Positions 56,345-64,000 of a DNA stretch of 64,000 nt are shown here, one piece after another. This DNA is from Clostridia bacterium (GTDB lineage Bacteria > Bacillota > Clostridia > Oscillospirales > Acutalibacteraceae). The notes beneath the pieces were generated by a model that saw only the letters and a program-made list of their open reading frames with translations, did no database searches and was not told the origin of the DNA. The stretch spans positions 141,188-205,187 of the forward strand of contig JAFSEF010000053.1 in the NCBI GenBank assembly GCA_017435865.1, written 5' to 3'. Position numbers and translations under genes: made by a program. Position 1 is the first letter of the stretch. Each line of letters opens with the position of its first letter.

Positions 56345-57571
56345 ATGAAAGAAAATGTTCTTAAAAGATTTCTGCGTTATGTAAAAATTGATACGCAGTC
56401 ACAGGAAGATGCGACTTGTTTTCCGAGTACGGAAAAACAAAAGAATCTCGCAAGAGTGCTTGCTGATGAATTGACTGCTATGGGAGCCAGTGAGGTCTGT
56501 TTCGATGAACAATACGGCTATGTGTATGCTGCAATTCCTGCAACAGATGACGGTGAGCATTCGGAAGTGCTCGGCTTTATTGCTCACATGGATACATCCC
56601 CTGATGTAAGTGGTGCTGATGTAACACCGCTTGTTTGGGAAGATTATGACGGTAAAGATATTCATTTGCATCATGAAAAGAATATTGTTTTGTCTGTTGA
56701 GGAATTTCCTGAATTATGCAATTATATCGGAAAGACAATTATTACTTCTGATGGTACAACATTACTGGGTGCAGACGATAAAGCAGGTGTAGCGGAAATA
56801 ATGACGATGGCCGAATGCTTGTTGATGAATCCCGAAATCAAGCACGGAAAGATTGTGGTTGCCTTTACTCCGGATGAAGAAGTCGGTGCAGGGGTTGATC
56901 ATTTTGACATTGCACGTTTCGGTGCCGATTATGCTTATACGGTAGACGGCGGTGAACTCGGTGAGTTTGAATACGAAAACTTCAATGCTGCCGCTGCATC
57001 CGTTACCGTTAATGGTGTGAGTGTGCACCCGGGCAGTGCTAAAGATAAAATGAAAAATGCAAACCGCATTGCAATTGAATTCAGCTCTATGCTGCCGCAA
57101 AATGAAGTTCCTGAACACACACAAGGATATGAAGGTTTCTTTCATTTAACGGATATGCACGGTGATATTGAGAAAGCCACAATGCAATATCTGATCCGTG
57201 AACATGACAGCGTAAAGTTTGCCGAAAGAAAAGACCTCTTTTTAAAAATTGCAGACGAACTGAACAAAAAATACGGAAACGGAACAGTTGTCGCAGAAGT
57301 CAAGGATTCTTATTACAATATGAAAGAGCAAATTGTTCCGAAGTATGCTTTCCTTGTTGACAACGCCGTTGACGCTATGAAAAAACTTGGTATCAACCCT
57401 TTGGTACGACCTGCCAGAGGCGGTACGGACGGTGCTGCACTGTCATTTATGGGATTGCCGTGTCCGAATTTATGTACAGGCGGACACAATTTCCACAGCC
57501 GTTTTGAGTATTGCTGTGTTGAATCCATGCAAAAGATCGTTCTGTTGCTTATAAACTTATGTACTTACTGA
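56345..57571 (+). CDS. pepT: Peptidase T (tripeptide aminopeptidase, M20B)
   Basis: RFLRYVKIDTQS N-terminus, IAHMDTSPD, GADDKAGVAEIM, FTPDEEVG. Confidence 0.9.
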   Translation: MKENVLKRFLRYVKIDTQSQEDATCFPSTEKQKNLARVLADELTAMGASEVCFDEQYGYVYAAIPATDDGEHSEVLGFIAHMDTSPDVSGADVTPLVWEDYDGKDIHLHHEKNIVLSVEEFPELCNYIGKTIITSDGTTLLGADDKAGVAEIMTMAECLLMNPEIKHGKIVVAFTPDEEVGAGVDHFDIARFGADYAYTVDGGELGEFEYENFNAAAASVTVNGVSVHPGSAKDKMKNANRIAIEFSSMLPQNEVPEHTQGYEGFFHLTDMHGDIEKATMQYLIREHDSVKFAERKDLFLKIADELNKKYGNGTVVAEVKDSYYNMKEQIVPKYAFLVDNAVDAMKKLGINPLVRPARGGTDGAALSFMGLPCPNLCTGGHNFHSRFEYCCVESMQKIVLLLINLCTY

Positions 57572-57581
57572 GGGAATTTGT

Positions 57582-57983
57582 ATGACACAGGTTGTAGCGG
57601 CTTTGATATGGAAAGAAGACAGATTCATGATCTGTCAGCGACCTGCCCATAAAGCAAGAGGATTGTTGTGGGAATTTGTCGGCGGCAAAGTGGAACCCGG
57701 AGAAACAAAGAAGCAGGCATTGATCCGCGAATGCAGGGAAGAACTTGATGTTCTTGTGGATGTCGGTGATGTGTTCTTTCAGGTTGAACACATGTATCCC
57801 GATATCACAATCGAACTGACACTTTTCAATTGTTCGCTTGCTGCAGGTGTGCCGAAACTGCTCGAACATAATGACATACAGTGGATATTGCCGTCTCAGA
57901 TCGATGAATTTCCTTTTTGTCCCGCAGATGAAGAAATTCTGAAAGAAATTAAAAAGATATATGTAAGTGAGGATGTACTATGA
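57582..57983 (+). CDS. Nudix hydrolase, MutT/(d)NTP pyrophosphohydrolase-like
   Basis: Nudix box GGKVEPGETKKQALIRECREELDV. Confidence 0.85.
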   Translation: MTQVVAALIWKEDRFMICQRPAHKARGLLWEFVGGKVEPGETKKQALIRECREELDVLVDVGDVFFQVEHMYPDITIELTLFNCSLAAGVPKLLEHNDIQWILPSQIDEFPFCPADEEILKEIKKIYVSEDVL

Positions 57984-58795
57984 AAAACATTTTGACAGCT
58001 CCCTTTGTGGAAGAAATGAAAAAGACAACAGCCAACATGTACCGTCTTGGTTGGGATGAAAGAAACGGCGGTAATATCAGCTATATGCTTGAAGAAGATG
58101 AAGTTGCCGAATACCTTGATCTTAACAATGTCCTGCGTACCATTCCGACGGGTTTTGATGCGACTGCATTGAGCGGTAAAATCTTTATCGTGACCGGAAC
58201 CGGTAAGTATTTCAAGAATGTTCAGGATGATCCTGAAAACAATCTCGGCATTATCCGTATTGCAAAAGACGGCACAACTGCCGAACTTCTTTGGGGCTAT
58301 GCTGACGGCGGCAGATTTACCAGTGAATTGCCTGCACATCTTATGAGTCATATGGCAAGACTTACCGTGGATCCGTCCAACAGAGTTGTTATGCACAGCC
58401 ATCCTACCAACACACTTGCAATGAATTATGTGCATGAGCTGGATGAAAAGAGCTTTACGCATACGCTTTGGGAAATGTGCACCGAATGCATTGTTGTATT
58501 TCCTGACGGTATCGGTGTTCTTCCGTGGATGCTTTGCGGTACCAATGAAATCGGTATGGCAACGGCAGAAAAGATGAAGGAATTCCGTCTTGTCGTATGG
58601 GGAATGCATGGTATTTACGGTGTCGGTAAAAATCTCGATGAAGCTTTCGGTCTTATTGAAACAGTCGAAAAAGCAGCACAGATTTATATGCTTACCGCAC
58701 ATCTGCCGAGAGTCAACACCATCAAGGACAGTGAAATGGTGGAACTTGCCGAATTTTTCGGCGTCAAATACAGAAAAGATTTTCTGAATCTGTAA
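57980..58795 (+). CDS. rhaD: Rhamnulose-1-phosphate aldolase-like class II aldolase
   Basis: GWDERNGGNISYML, FIVTGTGKYF and HSHPT blocks typical of RhaD. ATGA overlap with the Nudix gene. Confidence 0.75.
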   Translation: MKNILTAPFVEEMKKTTANMYRLGWDERNGGNISYMLEEDEVAEYLDLNNVLRTIPTGFDATALSGKIFIVTGTGKYFKNVQDDPENNLGIIRIAKDGTTAELLWGYADGGRFTSELPAHLMSHMARLTVDPSNRVVMHSHPTNTLAMNYVHELDEKSFTHTLWEMCTECIVVFPDGIGVLPWMLCGTNEIGMATAEKMKEFRLVVWGMHGIYGVGKNLDEAFGLIETVEKAAQIYMLTAHLPRVNTIKDSEMVELAEFFGVKYRKDFLNL

Positions 58796-58844
58796 AAAAA
58801 GCTTGCATTCTTGCAAAGCAGGGTGTAAAATAAGAACGAAATAA

Positions 58845-58984
58845 AAACAGGGGAGCTTGTTGTGACAGGCTGAGAGGAAGTACCCGAACTTCGACCCTAT
58901 AACCTGATTCGGATAATGCCGACGTAGGAAGTCATAGCGCTGGATTTTTTACTGGAGGCATCCGTGAGGTTGTCTCCTTTTTTA
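58845..58984 (+). promoter_or_regulatory. TPP (THI-box) riboswitch 1, aptamer plus its own intrinsic terminator
   Basis: CAGGGGAGC...GGCTGAGAGG...ACCC...AACCTGATTCGGATAATGCCGACGTAGGAAG, then GGAGGCA/TGTCTCC hairpin plus T7 at 58954-58984. Confidence 0.85.
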
Positions 58985-59000
58985 TTTGAAAAACTGAAGA

Positions 59001-59174
59001 TGCAGGGGAGTCTGTATTGACAGGCTGAGAGGCAGGTGATTCTGCGACCCATTGACCTGATCCGGATCATGCCGGCGTAGGAAGCATTCAGAAATACATT
59101 TCAGCTTGTATTAAAGGCTCACAATGATATGTGTTTTACGTTTCTTCGCCGGATAAGTCCCGCGAAGATTTTTT
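59001..59174 (+). promoter_or_regulatory. TPP (THI-box) riboswitch 2, aptamer plus its own intrinsic terminator
   Basis: TGCAGGGGAGT...GGCTGAGAGG...GACCC...GACCTGATCCGGATCATGCCGGCGTAGGAAGCA, then TCTTCGC/GCGAAGA hairpin plus T6 at 59143-59174. Confidence 0.88.
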
Positions 59175-59199
59175 ATTATATTTACAGGAGGAAAAAATA

Positions 59200-59502
59200 A
59201 TGAATGCAAGTGTAGCAATTCAGGTTCTTCCGGCAGTAGCCGACCAAAAAGAACTTGTGAGAATCGTGGATGAGGTGATCGCTTATATTAAAAGCAGCGG
59301 TCTGCATTGTCATGTCGGTCCTTTTGAAACAACTATAGAGGGGGAAGATTACAATCAATTGATGGACATTGTAAAAGAATGTCAGCATGTTGCCATCAAA
59401 GCAGGTGCAAAAAAGGTCTCTGCGTATGTCAAGATTGCGTGGCAACCGCAAGGTGATATTCTGACGATTGACGAAAAAATTGCAAAGTATGATAAAGCGT
59501 AA
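59200..59502 (+). CDS. MTH1187/YkoF-family thiamine-binding protein
   Basis: About 100 aa. SVAIQVLP N-terminus and HVGPFETTIEG motif. AGGAGG 6 nt before ATG 59200; the track start at 59131 runs through the riboswitch terminator. Confidence 0.75.
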   Translation: MNASVAIQVLPAVADQKELVRIVDEVIAYIKSSGLHCHVGPFETTIEGEDYNQLMDIVKECQHVAIKAGAKKVSAYVKIAWQPQGDILTIDEKIAKYDKA

Positions 59503-61249
59503 TTTGCCTGCTGTACTTACTGTTGTATTGATAATAGCAGCCTGGCAGCTCATTTGTACTACAGGAATCCTTCCGCAGTATCTGCTGCCGTCGCCTGTAC
59601 AAGTGCTTACAGCAATGATTGAGGAAGCTTCTTTGCTATATGAGAATGCTTTGATTACTTTACGCGAAGCGTTTATCGGTTTGATTGTCGGTGTCAGCAC
59701 CGGTTTTATTGCAGCGGTTTTTATGGATGCCTTTAATGTAGTCTATAAAGCATTTTATCCGCTTCTGATTATCACGCAAACAATACCGTCGGTTGCTGTA
59801 GCGCCATTGTTGGTGCTTTGGTTCGGGTATGAGATGACGCCGAAAATAATTCTGATTGTCATTTCAACATTCTTTCCCGTTACGGTCGGTTTGCTGGATG
59901 GGTTCAGGAGCGTCGACAAAGATGCAGTTGCATTGTTGCGATCCATGGGCGCTGATCGATTGCAGATCTTCCGATATATAAAATTTCCGTCAGCATTACC
60001 GCAATTGTTTTCAGGTTTGCGTATTGCAGCGGCTTACAGTGTTGTCGGAGCGGTGATCAGTGAATGGCTCGGCGGTTTCGGCGGCCTTGGTGTGTATATG
60101 ATCCGTGTTAAAAAGGCTTTTGCCTTTGACAAAATGTTTGCCGTCATTTTTCTGATATCAGGGATATCACTTGCACTTATGGCTGTTGTGAGTGCAGCAG
60201 AGAAAAAAAGCATGCCGTATCGTTATACGGACACAAAAAACAGGAGGAAAAACATGAAACAGTATATCAGTTTATTTTTATCGTTATTGCTTGTAATATC
60301 GTTATCAGGTTGCGTTGCCTCTGATAGTGATACGTACGCAGAACAAATTACCATTGTTCTTGACTGGACACCGAATACAAACCACACCGGTATTTATGTG
60401 GCACAGGAAAACGGATATTTTGAAGATGCAGGTCTTGATGTTGTCATTGTGCAACCGCCTGAGGGTGGTGCCGAAACGCTTGTTGCATCAGGAAAAGCAC
60501 AATTCGGTGTTTCATTTCAGGATTCTCTTGCACCTGCCTTTGCGGGAGATAATAAATTGCCTGTAACAGCTGTTGCAGCAGTGGTGCAGCACAATACATC
60601 AGGTATCATTTCACGTGCAGGTGAAGGGATGGATCGACCGAAAGGACTGGAAGGAAAAACATATGCAACATGGGATCTTGATGTTGAAAAAGCAACCATT
60701 CGAGATGTCATGGAAGCCGACGGCGGTAATTTTGATCTTGTGAATCTGATTCCCTCTACAATCACTGACGAAGTGTCTGCCTTGCAAAGCAAACAGGTGG
60801 ATGCTATATGGATTTTTTACGGTTGGGCAGGAGTTGCATGTCAGATTGCAGGATTGGATACGGATTATTTTGCATTTGCGGATATTGACTCTGTTTTTGA
60901 CTATTATACACCTGTGATCATCGGCAACAATGATTGGTTGGAACAGAATCCCGATGCAGCAAAGGCTTTCCTCTCTGCACTTTCAAAGGGTTATACATTT
61001 GCAGCAGAAAATCCTGATGCAGCTGCCGACATTCTTATGAATGCGGTTCCTGAACTGAGTGCTAACAGTGAGCTTTTGTATGCGAGTCAGCAATATCTGT
61101 CGAAAGAATACATTGCAGATGCAACGCAGTGGGGTGAGTTTGATGACGACAGATGGGCAGCTTTTTATGAATGGCTGAATGAAAATAATCTGCTGGAAGA
61201 AAAGATTGACCCTCATTTCGGATTTACAAATACATATCTGAGCGATTGA
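59489..61249 (+). CDS. Fused ABC permease (ThiX-like) and NMT1/THI5-type lipoprotein substrate-binding protein (ThiY-like)
   Basis: N-terminal half has 6 hydrophobic segments of a binding-protein-dependent permease. After about 255 aa there is an in-frame MKQYISLFLSLLLVISLSGC lipoprotein signal and LDWTPNTNHTGIYVAQENGYF. No stop codon separates the halves. Confidence 0.75.
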   Translation: MIKRNLPAVLTVVLIIAAWQLICTTGILPQYLLPSPVQVLTAMIEEASLLYENALITLREAFIGLIVGVSTGFIAAVFMDAFNVVYKAFYPLLIITQTIPSVAVAPLLVLWFGYEMTPKIILIVISTFFPVTVGLLDGFRSVDKDAVALLRSMGADRLQIFRYIKFPSALPQLFSGLRIAAAYSVVGAVISEWLGGFGGLGVYMIRVKKAFAFDKMFAVIFLISGISLALMAVVSAAEKKSMPYRYTDTKNRRKNMKQYISLFLSLLLVISLSGCVASDSDTYAEQITIVLDWTPNTNHTGIYVAQENGYFEDAGLDVVIVQPPEGGAETLVASGKAQFGVSFQDSLAPAFAGDNKLPVTAVAAVVQHNTSGIISRAGEGMDRPKGLEGKTYATWDLDVEKATIRDVMEADGGNFDLVNLIPSTITDEVSALQSKQVDAIWIFYGWAGVACQIAGLDTDYFAFADIDSVFDYYTPVIIGNNDWLEQNPDAAKAFLSALSKGYTFAAENPDAAADILMNAVPELSANSELLYASQQYLSKEYIADATQWGEFDDDRWAAFYEWLNENNLLEEKIDPHFGFTNTYLSD

Positions 61250-61250
61250 T

Positions 61251-61985
61251 ATGCAAAAGTTGGAAGTAAAAAATGTCAGCAAGAGCTTTGGCGACAAACT
61301 TGTTTTACAGGACGTTTCTCTCGCACTCAGACAAGGTGAGATTGTGTGCCTGCTCGGTGTCAGCGGTGGCGGAAAAACAACTTTGTTCAATGTGATTGCA
61401 GGTCTTTTGTCGCCTGATAGCGGACAGATTCTGTTGAACGGACAGGAAATTACAAATCAGTCGGGACATATCAGTTATATGCTCCAAAAAGACTTGCTTT
61501 TGCCGTATCGTACGATTGAAGACAATGTTATCCTGCCGTTGTTGTTGAAAGGAATAAACAAAAAAGAGGCCCGAAAACAAGCATCCGCATATTTTGCTGA
61601 ATTCGGACTCGACGGAACACAGAAAAAATATCCGTCACAACTGTCGGGCGGTATGCGGCAACGTGCGGCACTCTTGCGTACATATTTGTTTTCACAGGAT
61701 GTTGCATTGCTTGACGAGCCGTTTTCAGCTTTGGACACTCTGACAAAAGCTACCATGCACAGATGGTATCTGGATGTGATGGAAAAAATTCAGCTTTCTA
61801 CTCTTTTTATAACGCATGATATTGATGAGGCGATACTCTTGTCAGATCGGATTTATATTTTGTCAGGTTCACCCGGAACAATCAGACAGGAAATTGTTAT
61901 CCATCAACCAAAACCGCGGAGAGATGATTTTAATCTCTCCACGGAGTTTCTTGAGTATAAACGAAGAATCCTTTCATTACTGTAA
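61251..61985 (+). CDS. ABC transporter ATP-binding protein (ThiZ-like; nitrate/sulfonate/HMP class)
   Basis: Walker A GVSGGGKTT, signature LSGGMRQR, Walker B ALLDEPFSALD. Confidence 0.88.
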   Translation: MQKLEVKNVSKSFGDKLVLQDVSLALRQGEIVCLLGVSGGGKTTLFNVIAGLLSPDSGQILLNGQEITNQSGHISYMLQKDLLLPYRTIEDNVILPLLLKGINKKEARKQASAYFAEFGLDGTQKKYPSQLSGGMRQRAALLRTYLFSQDVALLDEPFSALDTLTKATMHRWYLDVMEKIQLSTLFITHDIDEAILLSDRIYILSGSPGTIRQEIVIHQPKPRRDDFNLSTEFLEYKRRILSLL

Positions 61986-62050
61986 TGCCTGTTGCGATAA
62001 TGTGTGCAATGTGCTATTATGAATAAAGAATGAAAAGGAGGCTGATTGCT

Positions 62051-63244
62051 ATGCTTTTTAATGAAACAACAATCTCTCGTATATCCGTAAAAAACAGGAT
62101 CATACGCAGTGCTACCCATGATGGTCTTGCTGATGAACAAGGTGCTCCCACAGAAGCACTCATTAACAAGTATGTGCAATTGGCAAAAAATGAAGTCGGA
62201 TGCATTATTACAGGATATGCTGCAGTAAGCAGAAATGGTGTTTCTCCGTATCCGCGTATGCTCAGGATTTACGATGACAGTGCAACAGAAAAGTATATGG
62301 AACTTACACAGGCAGTGCATTCACAGGGAGCTGCTGTTGTATTGCAGCTTGCACATTGCGGCAGACAGACATCTTCAAAGGCTATCGGTATGCAAAAGGT
62401 AGCTCCGAGCAATGTCCTTCATACGTTTTATCCCGACAAGGCAAAAGAGCTTGATGAAGATGAAATATATGCAATCATAGACGATTTTGCAGAGGCTGCC
62501 GTCAGGGCGGAAAAAGCCGGTTTTGATGCTGTGCAGTTGCATGGCGGTCACGGTTATCTGTTGCATGATTTTCTTTCCGCTTTTGGGAACAGAAGAACCG
62601 ACAAATGGGGAGGAAGTCTGCAAAACCGATGCAGAATTGTCGAACTTATCATAAAAGAAATCAAAGAACGCACAAATCTGCCCGTGTGGATTAAAATCAG
62701 TGCCGAAGACAACAGAAAAGGCGGTATGCGTATTGATTCATCCGTAGAAATCTGTAAACGTCTTGAAAAGGCAGGTTGTGATGCAATTGAGGTTTCCTGC
62801 GGTACAGTACAGGATGGCATGAACACCATGCGCAGCAAACGGATGCCAATGGATGCTGTTTTTAAGTATCGCGAACCCTGTGCTTCATTTCCCGCATTGC
62901 TTAACAAAATCGCATTGCCTGCAGCCAATCTCATAAACCCTTTGTTAAAACAACCGCAACCACTTGAAAACTTCAATGTTGAGAATGCTGCAACAATCAA
63001 AAAGAACGTATCTGTACCGATCATTGTTGTAGGCGGTATTTTCGAATTAAGTGAAATGGAGAAGATACTTTCAACAGGCCAGGCGGATTTTGTTTCCATG
63101 TGCAGACCTTTCATCTGTGAGCCGAATCTTGTCAAAAAGCTCAAAGACGGACAGAAAAGAGCAAAGTGTATCATGTGCAATTATTGCGGTCTCGTTATTG
63201 AAAAAGAGCCGACAAGATGTTTGTACGGAAAAGTAAAAATGTAA
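62051..63244 (+). CDS. Old Yellow Enzyme/2,4-dienoyl-CoA-reductase-like NADH:flavin oxidoreductase (TIM barrel plus C-terminal Cys motif only)
   Basis: LQLAHCGRQ, DAVQLHGGHGYLLHDFLS..NRRTDKWGGSLQNR, and C-terminal CIMCNYC...C. AAGGAGG before ATG 62051. Confidence 0.82.
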   Translation: MLFNETTISRISVKNRIIRSATHDGLADEQGAPTEALINKYVQLAKNEVGCIITGYAAVSRNGVSPYPRMLRIYDDSATEKYMELTQAVHSQGAAVVLQLAHCGRQTSSKAIGMQKVAPSNVLHTFYPDKAKELDEDEIYAIIDDFAEAAVRAEKAGFDAVQLHGGHGYLLHDFLSAFGNRRTDKWGGSLQNRCRIVELIIKEIKERTNLPVWIKISAEDNRKGGMRIDSSVEICKRLEKAGCDAIEVSCGTVQDGMNTMRSKRMPMDAVFKYREPCASFPALLNKIALPAANLINPLLKQPQPLENFNVENAATIKKNVSVPIIVVGGIFELSEMEKILSTGQADFVSMCRPFICEPNLVKKLKDGQKRAKCIMCNYCGLVIEKEPTRCLYGKVKM

Positions 63245-63253
63245 AAACAAAAA

Positions 63254-63285
63254 AACCTGATCGCATAGGGCGGTCAGGTTTTTTG
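63254..63285 (+). terminator. Rho-independent terminator after the OYE gene
   Basis: AACCTGATCGC / GCGGTCAGGTT stem (one G:U pair) followed by TTTTTT. Confidence 0.8.
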
Positions 63286-63483
63286 CAGCCAATGAATACC
63301 ATCCTCTGCTCCGCATTCACACTGCGGATTTATTTTATGAGTTAAAGAAACGTGGAAAGCTACTCTGTTAATACGGAGAAAGCTTTATATATGAATCCAA
63401 TAAAAAAATCCGACCCCTTTTTCCTGTTAGGAAAATTCGGTTCGGATTTTTTTAATTTGAATTGTAACACAAATTTTGATACG

Positions 63484-63540
63484 GGTTGCAAGCGGTTGCA
63501 AAGTTGCACCAAAATGCAACCGAAAATGGATATGCAACTT
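63484..63540. repeat. Cluster of direct and inverted GTTGCA/TGCAAC repeats (iteron- or operator-like)
   Basis: GGTTGCAA at 63484 and 63494, GTTGCA at 63503, TGCAAC at 63515 and 63533. 8-bp inverted pairs CGGTTGCA/TGCAACCG and AAGTTGCA/TGCAACTT. Confidence 0.6.
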
Positions 63541-63547
63541 TGCGGTT

Positions 63548-64000
63548 TTATTTTGTTGGGTTAAAACTAATGATACTTTCTAAAGACCCCAAACGCCGAT
63601 ATCCACTTCGATCAGCAGCACAAAAAGCGGGTTCATAATAGAAGCAGCTATCGTCGATAGGGTTTAAATGACTGGGGGTGCTCCACTTGTCAAATACCTC
63701 TGTAAGAGAAATTGAATGTTCTTTTTCGAAATAGTATTCCAATTGTTTTGTAATTCGAAACATTCCTTCTTCCGAAACCCTTTTGTTTTCCGGAATATAC
63801 TTATACCAATGAAGATAATCAAAACATTCATAGTCTTCTGCAATCGTTGGCACTTCCTTTGCAAAACGGTTTATTTCATAATATTCTATTGGTATGGGAT
63901 TTAGTCGCATCGCGGAAGCTCCACCATATTGAACATTTTCTTCGTATATAAAGTAAGGCAATCCATCTTTGCAATCCAAAGCAATATATATTTTATAATC
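63548..64000 (-). CDS. Hypothetical protein, AT-rich gene; the 5' end probably lies beyond the window
   Basis: The frame stays open upstream of the TTG at 63979 to the window edge (DYKIYIALDCKDG...). No recognisable motif. Confidence 0.5.
   Translation of the reverse strand, partial: DYKIYIALDCKDGLPYFIYEENVQYGGASAMRLNPIPIEYYEINRFAKEVPTIAEDYECFDYLHWYKYIPENKRVSEEGMFRITKQLEYYFEKEHSISLTEVFDKWSTPSHLNPIDDSCFYYEPAFCAADRSGYRRLGSLESIISFNPTK

Noticed and set aside
57896-58816. 306-aa minus-strand ORF.
   Set aside because: It is a codon-aligned shadow of the rhaD-like gene and the Nudix 3' end.
59131-59199. N-terminal extension of the YkoF-like ORF (track start at 59131).
   Set aside because: It overlaps the expression platform and terminator of TPP riboswitch 2. 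ATG 59200 follows AGGAGG.
1-64000. CRISPR arrays, rRNA genes, intact IS elements or transposases, integrases, and prophage modules.
   Set aside because: No regularly spaced direct repeats, no rRNA-like sequence, and no transposase or integrase ORFs were seen. The only mobility-related trace is the truncated serine recombinase fragment at 15605-16162.

Overview
This is a 64-kb chromosomal segment from a moderate-GC Firmicute, probably a Clostridia or Ruminococcaceae-like gut organism (taxonomy is inferred from gene order and codon style only). The first ~9 kb is a conserved housekeeping block: rnj (5' end off-window), gdpP, rplI, dnaB, tilS, hpt, ftsH and a lipoprotein cyclophilin. The rest is mostly accessory carbohydrate-utilisation content: GH29, GH38, GH2, GH16, GH43 and GH36 enzymes, two unassigned clan GH-A-like paralogs, two GPH/MFS symporters, a beta-helix protein and a DUF2264 protein. 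Redox modules are interspersed: a GlpA-like/FAD-oxidoreductase/DUF1667 trio, a CrtI-like plus FNR-like pair, an OYE-type reductase, an ALDH and a Gfo/Idh/MocA enzyme. There are two single tRNA genes with their own promoters and terminators, tRNA-Ala(GGC) on the plus strand and tRNA-Pro(GGG) on the minus strand.

Observations worth a second look:
- A self-contained three-gene TerB / P-loop ATPase / Lhr-like helicase operon at 44.1-49.2 kb. Its architecture matches the Shango anti-phage system as I remember it, and it is inserted between sugar operons.
- Two complete TPP riboswitches in series, each with its own terminator, upstream of a YkoF-like gene and a ThiXYZ-like transporter whose permease and lipoprotein binding protein are fused in frame.
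- Tandem paralogous TIM-barrel hydrolase-like genes carrying an unusual C-terminal cysteine cluster.
- A translationally coupled CrtI-family flavoenzyme plus FNR/[2Fe-2S] reductase pair.
- An AT-rich islet next to tRNA-Ala that contains a serine-recombinase relic.
- An unannotated 49-codon gene with its own promoter, RBS and terminator.
- A terminator-type attenuator in the ~200-nt leader of a methyltransferase gene.
- An iteron-like GTTGCA repeat cluster at the 3' edge of the window.

No CRISPR array, rRNA, intact transposase or integrase, or prophage was seen. Many very long ORFs in the track are codon-aligned antisense shadows of real genes and were rejected.
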